Assembly: GCF_032062105.1 (NCBI RefSeq)
Contig: NW_026919274.1
Coordinates: 1,054,001 to 1,118,000, forward strand
Length of the DNA stretch: 64,000 bases
Origin: Saccostrea cucullata
Lineage: Eukaryota
Reading direction: 5' to 3'
Shown piece by piece: positions 24,836 to 37,700 of the stretch. The position numbers were made by a program, and so were the translations under genes. The notes under the pieces were generated by a model. The model did no database searches. It was given only the letters and a program-made list of their open reading frames with translations, and was not told the DNA's origin. Numbering within the stretch: the first letter of the stretch is position 1; every line of letters starts with the position of its first letter.

Positions 24836-27114
24836 TCATGGCTCACTAACAACTTTTACAGTTTTTAATTTTGAAATGGTGCGTAGAACTTCAGGGGTAT
24901 GTGTTTCAAATAACGTCGTCAGAGTTTTGAGATTGTCCCTCTTCTCCTTTCTGAGTGGTGGTACAAAGCTGTCAGAGAAATTGATGTCCGTGTACGTATT
25001 CCTGTCTTTGGATTCAATTGTCATGTAAGTATCAGATCGGCAGGAGGAGGACAGCGACATAGATTCTGTGACGTTAGAGTAGATGTCGTCTGTTGATCTT
25101 CTAGATATATTTTCTGGCATGTTGTTGTTGTACAGGTGTTGATTCGACTTTCTAGACTGCTCCAACACATTGTATGTACGTTTTCTTTCAATGCCACTTT
25201 GTCTGCGACGTATTTTTTGTCTATGTTATAATAAATAAACTTCGTTATCCCTTGATCATCACTTCAAGATTTTATTTATAATACACGTATAATATATTAT
25301 CAACTATGTTATACTTTTCTTTAAAAAAAGTCGGTATGGTCAATTAGGAGAAATTGTCAGTTTTATATTGAAATAAAGGTTTCGATCGCTACACATTTTG
25401 TATATAAAATATTTACTTTAAATAGATAATGTAAAGATATAGTAATACATAAACAATTAATTGAATACTTTTTCTTCCAAGCGCGGTAGAAGAACAATGT
25501 GAAGACAAAATTAGCAATCACCAGCACGGATACACAAAGCGTTGTTATCATTCCAATACCTTTAAGAAAGTAAATAAAGTGATACATGTATTTATTTTCG
25601 CAGGGTCAAATTTTGGAGGTTTTGGAGTTATGGTTCGTGGGGATTTGATTTTTAAATTTGTGGAGGTTTTAAAAGATAACAAATATAACTTCGTGGAGGA
25701 TATATTTTCTAAGGTGTCATTAAAACACAAAATCATGATATTTTAACACCTCAAAAAGTGATTTTACAGTGTACACAGTTTATTTTGATTTTATTCAATT
25801 AGATGGTGTTGTATATATTTGCTAGGTGACTCACCAAATGTAGATGATGATGCAAATTCAACAGTGCCAACATCAAGATGGTTATATCTTCTTTTGTCAT
25901 CATGCGTGTAAAACAGGTTCTCTAAAGAAGTTTGCTCTGAAAAAAAAAATAAATTTCCTAATTATAGTAGTATGATTATTGGCAATTTGCTATACGAATG
26001 ACTCTTTACGATCCTCAGTATCAAATGAAATTTCCGTATCTTTTTATAGATTCTTTGTAATGCTGCAACTTAATGTTTTTATTAAAAGGAAATTAGTAAT
26101 TAATTCCATACATGTTTGTCACAAGTGAATAATACAAATAAATGAGTATACACATACGAATTTTGTCGAGTTGTCTTTAATACTTTCAAGGTCTTATCCA
26201 TTGTTTGAGTATTTCATTGCTGAGATACGTACCAAATACAGCGACTGTGGATGGAGTTTTTGTGGAACCTGTTGTATTTGGTTTTGCTTCCGAAGACTTC
26301 AAATTTTGCTCTCCTATATATGTAGAGTCATTTATTTGAAAACGAAAAACAAGTACAATTTTACGTAATACTTAAATTCATATTTGTTACAAATTAATGG
26401 TTTAAAAAGTAAAAAGGGTCCCTAATAATAATACATGTCTTTTTTCAGAAAAAGCGTGATAACAGTTAAGATTACAAGCTATCTATACGTATGTATATAA
26501 ACAATAATCAAAGTATGTATTAAACATCCACAACGCACAACCAAGGCGATAGACAATACAATTTCAGTATAAATATTATTTGTCATACCGCAGTTATGTA
26601 TTTCACAAGGCTTTCTATCGAAGAGTTTTGCGTCTGTGCAGCTCGTCAAACAGTCCCTTGCTCTGTACAAATCATCCTCATAACAGCAGCTCCATGAAGA
26701 CCAAGGAGAGTATCCATCATCTTTCTCAGCATGCAATCCTAAACGACGATTAAAATATTTATCATTCATTAACCAAATTTTACTATTTATTTAGTGTATG
26801 TTTCAAAAGCCGTTTTAATTTAACAGATTTGTAAAATACGAGGGTGCCAAGTTCGCTAAAATTAAAATCGCTAAAAATTAATAAAATCGCTAAAATTACA
26901 TCTCATCTATTTCTTTTACAAAATTTTACGAGTTGCTCTGTGTATCTTTCAAAATCCGTTTTTAAATGTAATAGTGCCGGAATAAAACTGGAAACAGTAA
27001 TGCTAAATTGTAACCATGAAACTTACCATTCCAGAGCAACATCATTAAAAGCAATGAATGCAAGGTATGGATCTCCGTGTGAAAGAAATCTATATATGTC
27101 CAAAAGACCAGCAT
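24836..27114 (-). CDS. Gene C: type I membrane protein with signal peptide, TSP1-like domain, S/T-rich stalk, TM and tyrosine-motif tail; paralogue 2
   Basis: Six phase-compatible exons: 27027-27114 (MLVFW..SLLLMMLLWN), 26589-26738 (YSPWSSWSCC..YRARDC..C..C..C), 26233-26313, 25835-25936, TM 25469-25559 (GIGMITTLCVSVLVIANFVFTLFFYRAWKKK) and 24836-25220. Total 897 nt = 298 aa plus stop. Confidence 0.85.
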
Positions 27115-27315
27115 GATACATTCTGGTGAATCTTCTCGTCATTTAAATAAATACCCGGTTCCAGGAACTACATGCCATTAATTTAAGTAGGAAATATATA
27201 TTATTTATACTAAAAACATTTATTTTTCAATACAAGGAAAATATTCTTATTTTATCAGGGATTGGATATGCAAATTACATAAATCATATACACTGTTAAT
27301 TACCACACTTTGATG

Positions 27316-27541
27316 TGCTCAGCACTTGAAGTGCAAGTTGTGAGTCCTTCGAATGAGACATTAAAAACCGAGGTCCCGGGTTATGACAGGCGTTGGCACG
27401 AAAAAGATCCCTCACTGCTTAATGGCCCTCATTGTCGAGTAAAGGTCAGAATTTGAAGCTCTTCTCCGGTATATGGTAACGTCTCTACATGAGCGAAAAA
27501 TTCTCGAAAGGGACGTAAAATAACATACATTCAATCAATCA
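27316..27541 (+). mobile_element. SINE copy (5'-truncated or diverged)
   Basis: gaatgagacattaaaaaccgaggtcccg..ggcacgaaaaagatccc core, aaaattctcgaaagggacgtaaa 3' end and (CAAT)n tail. Confidence 0.7.
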
Positions 27542-28254
27542 ATTACCGTACTTTAAGCAAACATGTATGAATAAATTTCAAATTTTTGATTGACCATGAA
27601 AGTTGGAAATTTATGAACAGTAAATCATTTCAATTTTAACAACCAAAGACACAATACTAAGCACAGACTACTAGTAAATTGTTCCGTGTTAAATAAAATT
27701 CAAAGCGCACATCGTATATACGTATTTTGTGATGCAAGCAATTGATTTTTTTTTCCAAAAAAGCTTGTCTGGTTGAAGTTAAATTATATACGTACTCATT
27801 TCCGTTAATTTTTTGGCGTGGGCTATAGCTATGTCTTATCCGTATTTTGAAGACTTTGTTCATAATATTATGATTTTATTAAGACTGATTTGTTTGCAAT
27901 TCATCATAAGAATGAAACTTAAAAGTGAACAGAATTTATGTTAATCTATCCAGTATAAGTTGGGGAGATAAAACTCACCTGGTGACTGGAATGTTAGATT
28001 TTTTTCTCCTTTGAAATTGAACTATGAGATCTTTTTCTTTCAAACCAAGAATTAAAACCAAGGTCTTCTAAAATGCATTTGAAATAGTGAGTCTTTCAAA
28101 CAAAGGCAATATTGTTACAATTTAGCTTTGCCTGCTGAAGCCATAACATATTGTTAAAAAATTCTTTATTCACCTATGATTTAGTTAATCGAAAGTATAG
28201 ACAGTTTGTATATTACCTTTCAACTTCCTAAAAAAATGCAGTAGATTTTTGTTG

Positions 28255-28495
28255 GGATTGAATAATTGATTGTTGTGTAACGTCCCTCTCGAGAAATTTT
28301 CACTCATGGAGACGCCACCACTTGCCGATGGAGAGCTACAAATTTTGTCCTGTACTCAGCACTCATGACCATTGGGCAGAGAGCTTTCTTTTTCGTGCCA
28401 GGAACTACTGAGACACGGGGTCTCGGTTTATACTGCCTCATCCGAAGGACCGGTCTACATGTCCCACAGTGGGACGAACCCGCGACGTAAGGACT
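28255..28495 (-). mobile_element. SINE copy
   Basis: Reverse-complement match to the tail and core of the 1657-1954 family. Confidence 0.7.
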
Positions 28496-28614
28496 TTTTG
28501 TTGGGAATATGTGGCTGTGATAAGGTTAAATATAAATTAATTTAAAATGCACGAAAAAACACGTTTTTTAAAAAGATAATAATATGAGTTAATAAGACAT
28601 CGGTCATGTATGTA

Positions 28615-29671
28615 CGAGCGTCATTCAAAAAATACGTAGACAATGTTCCTCATCGTCACATTATTTTTACAAAGTTAAATATCAGAAGGTTTTTTATATG
28701 TAAAACATGTATTTTATAGATGTGTGAAGTTTCATTCTATTTGATTAAATGGAACTCATGTTAGCCAATTTTAAAAGCAATGTGTATTGTGACCACGGAG
28801 CACGGTTAAAACATTGTAACGTCAAAAACAACGTCGAGAAAGTTTCTCAAACTCACTCTGCCTTTTCATTTTATACATCGTTAGTATCGTATTCCTCATT
28901 CATTAAAACACATCCATAACACTTGACACCTAGTGTGCTAACAATAATTCGAGTACCTTAAGTAAGATTGTCAATGTTTTTAAATTCTTTACCGCGTAAC
29001 TCTGGTTTCACAAGTTTTGCAACAGTGAAGTGCACATCACGTTTCATGACGTTACTAACTCTTTTGACGAGATTTTGAACTAAAATATGTTTCTTTGCAG
29101 ACTGTCCATCGTCGAATTCAAAGTCCTTATCCCTCAAAAATTGTCTTTTCCAATATAAACAAATACACGGTTCATTTTATATATATTTTTCCTGGTTCCT
29201 TCAGCATTTTCGGAGTTTGTTTTAGCAAATTTTTATTGCTACTCGCTGCTCCGTGACGTCCTTCGACGTGATGATATTTTGCTCTTTTTTTAATCAAGAC
29301 TATCTGTCTTTAGAAATTGATATCTTTTAAACAAAGCAATATATTGCTTTAACATTTAGCTTCTGAAATAATAAAACAATACTAAATTTAAGCATTTAAA
29401 TTTTATTTCGTTTAAGGCAATTTTAAAGAGTTATGGCTATAGATATGAAAAGTGTATAATTAGTCAATAACTCATTTTTGACCCTGCTCCGTGACTTCAT
29501 TTTTGCTGTCTTATATCTTTGATAATTTTAATATAAATCACGATAAATTCCAATTTCTTCGCTCAAAATATTTGAATCTGTTGTTAAAATATATATACTA
29601 AATTTGGTTGAATATGACATTAAATAAAAAAAGTTATGACAAAAGTCTACGAAGTTTTTGAATGACCCTCG
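28615..29671. mobile_element. Tc1/mariner-type MITE
   Basis: ~25-bp TIR cgagcgtcattcaaaaaatacgtagac / gtctacgaagtttttgaatgaccctcg, with TA on the left and CA (probably mutated TA) on the right. Confidence 0.6.
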
Positions 29672-30996
29672 CATGTGGATGAAAAAGATATTTTTTTTTA
29701 AAAATGATCATAATGTTATGTATTAGGTGCATTTCAAAATGTAATACTCAAGAATACTTAAATATTGAAAAAATTATTATCAACATAAAACGTGCACACA
29801 ATTCTTTGAAAAAAAGGATGTATACAGTATATTGTAAAAATTATCTACGTATCTCTATTTCCAAAAACATTTTAATTTATTGTTTTGGAATGAAAAAAAA
29901 TCCATCAAAATTGAGCTTAATGAAGAAAAAATATGCGAAATGATTTGACTTCTTGATTTAAGTCCCCCACCCAAAAAATACTAGATTTTATTTTTTCTTT
30001 GGTTTCTAATGTGAAAAACAACAAAATTTAGTAAATTGACCTTTTTTTTCGTTTAGTGACTTGTACCAGAGGAAATTATCATTTCGGATAATTTTTCAAT
30101 GACCCAATTTTTATAAATTTATAAATACACATGTGAATAGCATAGATGTATAAAAATATAGAAATTTCACGAAGGGACCTTGCTCTACATGAACAATACA
30201 GATCCGCACATAAGGTTTTTCGCACAAATTAAGGTCACATTTTTTATGTAGTAAACTTAATATCTAACTTCATTTCGAGACATAACCATTATATGTATAA
30301 CATATCTCATGTCAAAGGTACATGTTCTTTAAAATCATTATTGTAAGTTTTCAAAGTTGATGTTTTACAGTTAGACTTCATCTATAATGGTTTGATGTTA
30401 CATTCTGTATGATTCTGTCAAAGGTATATGAAATTAATTAATCGCGCTTTCTTTGATACTACCGGGTATTTAGTTGAAATTTTCCAATTGACTTCTTAGC
30501 GATGAGTATTTTTCTAAGTACTTTACTATTTTAGCCGTGGGCAAGGATGACAAACAAACAGGACTGGAGTAATTTGTTGTTACAGAACTTGACATGACTT
30601 GAACAGGAAAAACAGAACATTAAATATCGTGTTTTAATTTGATACTTTTTCGATATAAGTATTATATATTAATCATACTTGTTAATGAAACGCCTGTATA
30701 TCCTACATGTATGGTTTATGAAAAAAAATATCAAAAAGGGGAAAATTGTTGATGACTTTTTATTACTTTAATACTTAATTATTTAAATATAATGATTGCG
30801 AAAACATGAAATTTTGTATTATTAATATTTGAGAAAAGAATAAAATTGACACTTCTTAAGAAAGTTTTTATACAGACAGCTTATAAAGGACAGTCAAAGT
30901 AGTTAAGAAGATACTTATGTTGCTTACAAAATAGAGAAAGAAAATATTCTGCGTGTCAATATTTAACTCTTAATTGCATTTAACTCTTAATTGCAG

Positions 30997-31061
30997 ATCA
31001 CGTCTCCATATGAGTGAAAAATTCTCGAGAGGGACGTTAAACAATATACATGTACAATCAA
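30997..31061 (+). mobile_element. Severely 5'-truncated SINE 3' end with TSD
   Basis: cgtctccatatgagtgaaaaattctcgagagggacgttaaacaa flanked by 12-bp TSD tcttaattgcag (30985-30996, 31062-31073). Confidence 0.75.
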
Positions 31062-31756
31062 TCTTAATTGCAGCTCAAAAGAGATAGATAAATGTGATCG
31101 TGAAGTCAAGTACAAAAGAGCATAGATTACTTTAAAATCAGTGTTCTTTTTGGCGGTCCTATTTTTTATTTTCATACGACAGATAACATTTTTCGTTCAG
31201 ATTATGTGTACTGTCAACTTAGAAGAGCATGGCATTTTTCTTTGAAAATCTTTTTCCTCTTAATATATCTTGTTTTTTGAAAATGTAGTCCCAGCTGTGA
31301 AACATCAACTTTATATAAATAACTTATTGTCTGACACTTGAAAAAAATCTAACATCACAATGAAGGCATGAATTTCCTCGTTTGATCACAAAAATATTGA
31401 GTAAAACTGATACTTGTTCAGCCATACAATATGAAGAATATAAATTTGACGTCAAGTATTCATGTAATTTGAAATATTAGGCTTAATGCCTGTATCCTCA
31501 CCCCAAGCAAGATAATGAAGATTACAAGTCTTCTAAAATAAGGTTTTAAAATATACTTTTAAAAAATATTGAAATTTTAAGAATAACCCTATGTCCTATT
31601 TCATTTGATGATAGAGTCGTGCACAAAAATTACAAATGCACTATTCCCAAATCAAAATATCGGTCAAAGAAACTGTAAATCACTCAACAAATGTCTTTTA
31701 TTCACTATATTCAGGATATGCTTAGTCATATAAAGTATAATAATAACCATCGAAAC

Positions 31757-34700
31757 TCATCGGACACCTGTTTCAATGGCTTTCAATCTGGAAACTGTGC
31801 GATTAACATCATTCGAGTGCAATGAAAATAGTGTCGTTAGGGTTTTCAATCTGTCTCTTTTAATGGCTCTGAGCGGTGGCACACTTTCTTTAGAAATTTC
31901 CGTTTCCTTTGCTTTCGTTACAGATTGGATTGTTGCGTATCTATCGGACTGAAAGCTTATACGTGAATCCCGGACGTCGGAGTAAACATGCCTAGTCATG
32001 CGCTCGAGTGCACTGTATGAATTATTGGTGTTCATTTCAATCGTGCTTTGTCTTCGACGCACTTCCTGTCTGTACAGAAAGAAATAGTTGATTTAATATT
32101 GGCTTTGCCTAAATGCTTATATGTACTGGACAAAAGCAAATAAACGTTGGTTTTAATTATAAATGTCTAACTCCAATGTAGGAAATGCCTACAAAAATTA
32201 CATTTATCTCTCTTCATGTAAAAGTTTTGAAATCATTAAAACTTATTAATATGACAGTAATACCCACACTTAAAAGTGTTTACATCTTCATTTAAGCTAC
32301 TTGAGTAATGAAGAACCATGATATAAATTATCAAATAATCCACATAAAAGTATATTCCTTACAAAAGAACTTTTGGACAATTTGAAATCACAGGATTTTA
32401 CCAAAATCAACAGCTTTTAAAAAAACTTTTTAAACGACTTTTCAACTTAATACACAAACATATGCATTCTCCATGATAAATTAAAGTCCAATTTTTTTGA
32501 TATCATTGACAGCTGCCTTTTCAATAAAAATGAAACTCGTAATTTTACTTACCTTGTCATTGGTCATTTGCATAATTATTTTGTTAAAAACATTCTGATT
32601 GTACATACAATTACTCTGAAGTTGACATAAAAAAAGATGATTGAGTTTCTGATTGACAGTACATGTATCTATGTTGTTTTCGGAGACCAGGTCTGTTGGA
32701 ATTGCCCTGGGTACCAATTGCGCCCCGTTATAAGCAGACCTATTTTTGTATTCATATGAAGCAGAATTTGTTGAAAATCTTATCCATGAAATAGGGGATG
32801 GGGTAAAAGCATTACTATTGCATTTTTTTTTAAAAGGAACAATTTAGCTGTATGTAAGTATTGCTTTACAGTCAGCTTCACCCTCCTCCTCTAAAAATAT
32901 AAATTATAACAATCTTTGTCTGGTGTATATTTCTTCACTTCACCCTCTCTGGCCTACGTTTCACCTTTGGGTAGAGGATGGACAGTCTGGCTCAAACTCA
33001 TGAATAGAGAGTACCATTGAATATAAAAGAGATTTTGAACAATTTCTAGTTCAATGGTCAAGGTAAGAAAACAAACGTCTTTTCATGAGAAAACATTATT
33101 CAGATATCGAGTATTTACTAGTATTCTCTCCCATTGACTTTATATGGCTCAAACGATATCCATAAAGTACCAAAGGCTTGAGGGTGTTCAGAGACAGATA
33201 ATCATAGATATTGATGTCAAAACACGTTTCTGTGTAAAGTCTTTGTACAAAGCACACTTTGACTCCTTATGGCTCAGTTTGGCTCACATTTCACTCAAAG
33301 AGTATTCCCATGAATAAGGGTCTGACCAGAGTTTTAAATAATTTTTAAGGATGAAAGACCTAAGTCAAAATATTTTCTTTTGTTTTTAAACACTTCTTAG
33401 TCTTGGCGTAACACAAATCAAACCTATTGTCTGACACCTGAAAACCAGTGATCAGTGATTGTCACAGGCTGTGAGTGCCATATGCAGACTGGGCGCGACT
33501 AGTTTCCCGAAATGGGGACCTTTCATTATGTATTATTTAGAGTACGAAATTCCTACTGTATCGGAGATACAGGACTGGACTTGAGGCGAGAGCGACAGCT
33601 CGAACCGCGCCCCGCCCTGTATCTCCGAAACAATAGGAAACGAGTATTCTAAATGACTTGTGACATGACTTTTCTTATGACCTCACTAATTTATATGTGT
33701 ATTTGGGTCATTCTATAGCCAATCAGATGATTTTTCAGAAAGTGAAATTTCGCACCCCATTTTTATCAGTCGCAACTGAAATGCCGAGTAAGGTGGAGGC
33801 GAAGGTATCTATAAATTTAAATAATTTTAAAAATGGGAGGTGATATGCCCCGGTAAATGTATAATGTTTTTTTTCCAGAAAATTAATTTATATTTGACTG
33901 CGTAGGTTTTTTCCTCTGTTCCTCTTGCAAAGGAAAAATGTGTAAAACATTTTGATACATAAGAAACATATGAAAATGAAGCAAAAAAAGGTTTAGGGGA
34001 TTATATTCTGAGAGAAATATCCTACAATACCATCCACCAGTCGTCATATTACAATATTACTGGCTCTAATCTGAAATGCACAGATGAAAAAAGGGAGCAT
34101 ATATTACCTTCGTGTTTGAAAAAAATGTAAGCGTAACCAAGGCAAGTCAAGTGCTGAATAGCCCCCTTTGATTTTTCGTTTTGGCCCTCTTAAATTAGAT
34201 CTATATTTGCCAAACTTGGATATCCTTTATAATTGTTCATAATCAATATATAACGATCACACATAGTGTCAGAGCTGATTATGATTCTACCCCCACAAAA
34301 TACGATTTTCCTTTTTTTGGTCAAAGAAAATCGCGAACTGTGAAATGTGAACTGCTTCACTCCCTCCTTTCTTTTCCCACCATAGGTAATTATACTTTGT
34401 AAAATTATATTCTAAATTTACCTCAATTTTTCATCAAATACATGTAATAACATAATAATAATGTTATGCCTTTTGATTGATTCTCGTGTCTGTCTCATTT
34501 AAGATACGGATACAGCTTTCAGTCATCGCTAAAAATAAAATGTTTTCTATCGAAGTTATTGTACAGTTTCTGCTCATTTGCATGAGAAACGCCCTCGAAA
34601 AAGTGTTCCGTATCGCAGTTATTGTACGGTTGACATCAAAGGAAAACTCGCCGGGTCATGTCACAAATATTTTTGTAAATGTCACCTATTCAAATTTGTA

Positions 34701-37700
34701 ATATCACTAATTCAAATTAAATAGGTGATATCGCCTATTCAAATAGGTGATATCCCTTATTCGAATAAGTGATATCACCCATGAAGTCCGAACAAGTGAT
34801 ATCACCTAATAATTTCCAATGAATGATATCACCAAAAATGGCCTCAAACGTATCCTGGGGGAAAAGGAATCTTATTTTCTTCTAATGAAGAGTAAAGTCC
34901 TCCTTTATGGAGAAAAAATAGAAAAATGAATAGAAATCCTTTGAATGACGTTTTGATTGTTTAACCTTTTGGCATGTGTGTTTTGCAAAAATAATTAAGG
35001 TTAACTTTAAAAGAGAAAAATAATCTTGGAATAGTCTGTTGTGAAAGCTTCATAACACAGTGTACTTTTAGTAACCATGACCCAGTGGGCTAGAGTATTG
35101 CCACAAGAGCAAACAAAGTTTTACATACGAACGTGTATGAATCTTCTCAAGAACCACTGGGAAAAAGCAGTGGAAAATAATTTGGAAGTTTGATACAAAG
35201 TTAAGACGAAAAACCTGTTCTTACAAAATATTGCTCTTCCTACCGTTTTAATGAGATTCTAGTAAGACAGCACAAATAGGCTATACTAGGCTATATATAA
35301 TCCTTTTTATCTGTTTTTGATTTCCTAAAACCGTGTTGCCATAATAGCTGGAAATAGACACAATCAACACTCGTTATCTCGAATTACTTGAGACCAATAA
35401 CAAAAGCTTCGAGATATCCGATGATTAGATATTACCTCAAAATCATATATAGGTTGAGTTTTTAGAACCAGATTATTATTTTTTTCTAAGGGGGGGGAGC
35501 AGTTTTTGACTTTTGCTGTGGCCTTCAACTCGACCTTCAGATATATCGACGACGTATATTGTCAATTAACAATGGTAATTTCCATTCCTACGTCGATACG
35601 ATATATCCAGGAGAGCTTGAGATAAAAGATACCACAGAGTCTGACACATCTGTTTCATACTTGGATATTTTACTTGAAAAAGACGTTAATGGTAACCTAA
35701 CAACCAAGTTATATGATAAACGTGATGACTTTAACTTTTCTATCGTCAACTTCCCTTACTTATGCAGCAATATACCTTCATCACCTGTATACGGAGTGTA
35801 TATATCTCAGTTGATTCGATACGCAAGAGCATGCTCTACGTACGAACAACTTCTAAAACGGGGTAAATTATTGAAAAGCAAGTTCATGAAACAAGAATAT
35901 CAGCAGTCTCTTTTAAAGTCATCATTTCGCAAGTTCTATGGTCGATACAATGACCTTGTCAGCAAATACAATTTATCATTGAGTCAAATGCTGACTGACG
36001 TTTTTCATACCAATTGTTCGTCCATTATTCATACACTGAATTGACGACGGATTTTTCTGTTATTTCACGATCATGACAATGAGCACACGGCGAGTGTGAC
36101 CGGTCAGCAAGGGATGCTCACTCCTCCATGGCACCTGCTCCCACCTCTGATGTTTCGGATGTCCGTGTTTGCTCTGCTCCTATTTTGTATTGTTTTATGG
36201 ACTTTGATATTGAATACTGTTTGTTATCTCCATATCCATCCCAATGGTGAATATGAAAATTCCGAAACCAAATACACACATCTCTTATCCTTTCCCAAAA
36301 ATGAATAAGCTACATTAAAATGTTGGCGGAGTTCTTGGAACCAGAATTTTTTGGTTAAAACAATGAGAAAACATTTTTCGACCCCCATTTGACATCCCCG
36401 GGAAAAAATGATAATTCAGATATCTTTTTTGCTTATGACAAACCAATCAACTTCCAAATAAATAATTATAAGGTTACTGCATAAAATGTTAGAGGAGCTG
36501 GGAACCAACCCTTAGTAGAAAAACATCATTATTGACCCCCTGGATGAAATTAGAAATTCAAATTCTGAAATCTTATTTATATATCCATGACATCACCAAT
36601 CATCTTTCAAAAGATTATTATGTTATTGCGCAAAATGTAGGAGGAGCTCTGGAAACCAGACTTTTGTATTTAAAAAAACTAATTTTTAATATACCCGGTT
36701 TGCCCTCGGTGTGAAAATAAAAATTCGAAAGAAAACTTACTGCACATCTACAAGATGTTTTTTTTATTTTTATTTATTTATTTATTTATATTTTTTGTTA
36801 TTATTTGACCTTTTTATTGTTTGTGTAGGTCGCATCGAAACGTATTGAAGCAATTAAAAAGTAGTAAAAGATTCAATAAAACACAAATCAAAACTGAAAA
36901 TACTGAGTATCAAGAATAAATAATTGTCAAATTTAATGAGAGAAATTTTCGGAATCATGCTCAAAAATATCACTTTATTTCATATGCTAGACTAATTTAC
37001 ATTACGGCACTAAAATAAAAAGGCATGCACTTAATTCAAAAACTCAATATCAGATAAAAGAATGAACTTCAGCTCCTATTTTATACTTTTAACTTTTTTT
37101 AGTCTTAGTTTTCATCTTTCATTTATAGTGCAGAACTTTGGAAAAAAACTTTAAGTACTGAGACTGCATTGTTAAGGTGAATCATAAATGATTGTAAACT
37201 ACAAGTGTTTTGTCCAAATGATTATTTACCTCTGATGTTTTGGAGGTCCGTGTTTGCTATGCTCCTGATTTGAATTATTTGAATGGACTTTTGAGTATGA
37301 ATACTGTATGTTATCTCTAATATATTTCATTTTGGTTACGCTTATTTTCAAGTTATGTGAAATATTTACCTTTTCTTCCAAGCGCGGTAGAAGAAGAAAG
37401 TAAAGATAAGGTTAACCATTACAAGTGCAGACAGACATATAGTTGTTATCAACCCGGCACCTGAAAAAAAGTTACAGATATGTGTTATTATATTACATAA
37501 CAGGAACATTTATACAGAATTGTTGTTTATTTCATAAAAATAAATAATCATCCTTATTTTTTTTTTTTTTACATTTTTTATTAGTTATGGTAAGAATAGA
37601 AATGATCAACTTCATACAAAATTTAATTGAAAGAATGAAAAAAATTTCATTACAAGGCTTTGAAGCTCAGTATCTTGATTTTTATAAATTTAAAATACAT

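Noticed and set aside
26158-26232. Longer version of gene C exon 3 using the donor at 26157
   Set aside because: Contains an in-frame TGA; the donor at 26232 (gtacgt) preserves the frame.
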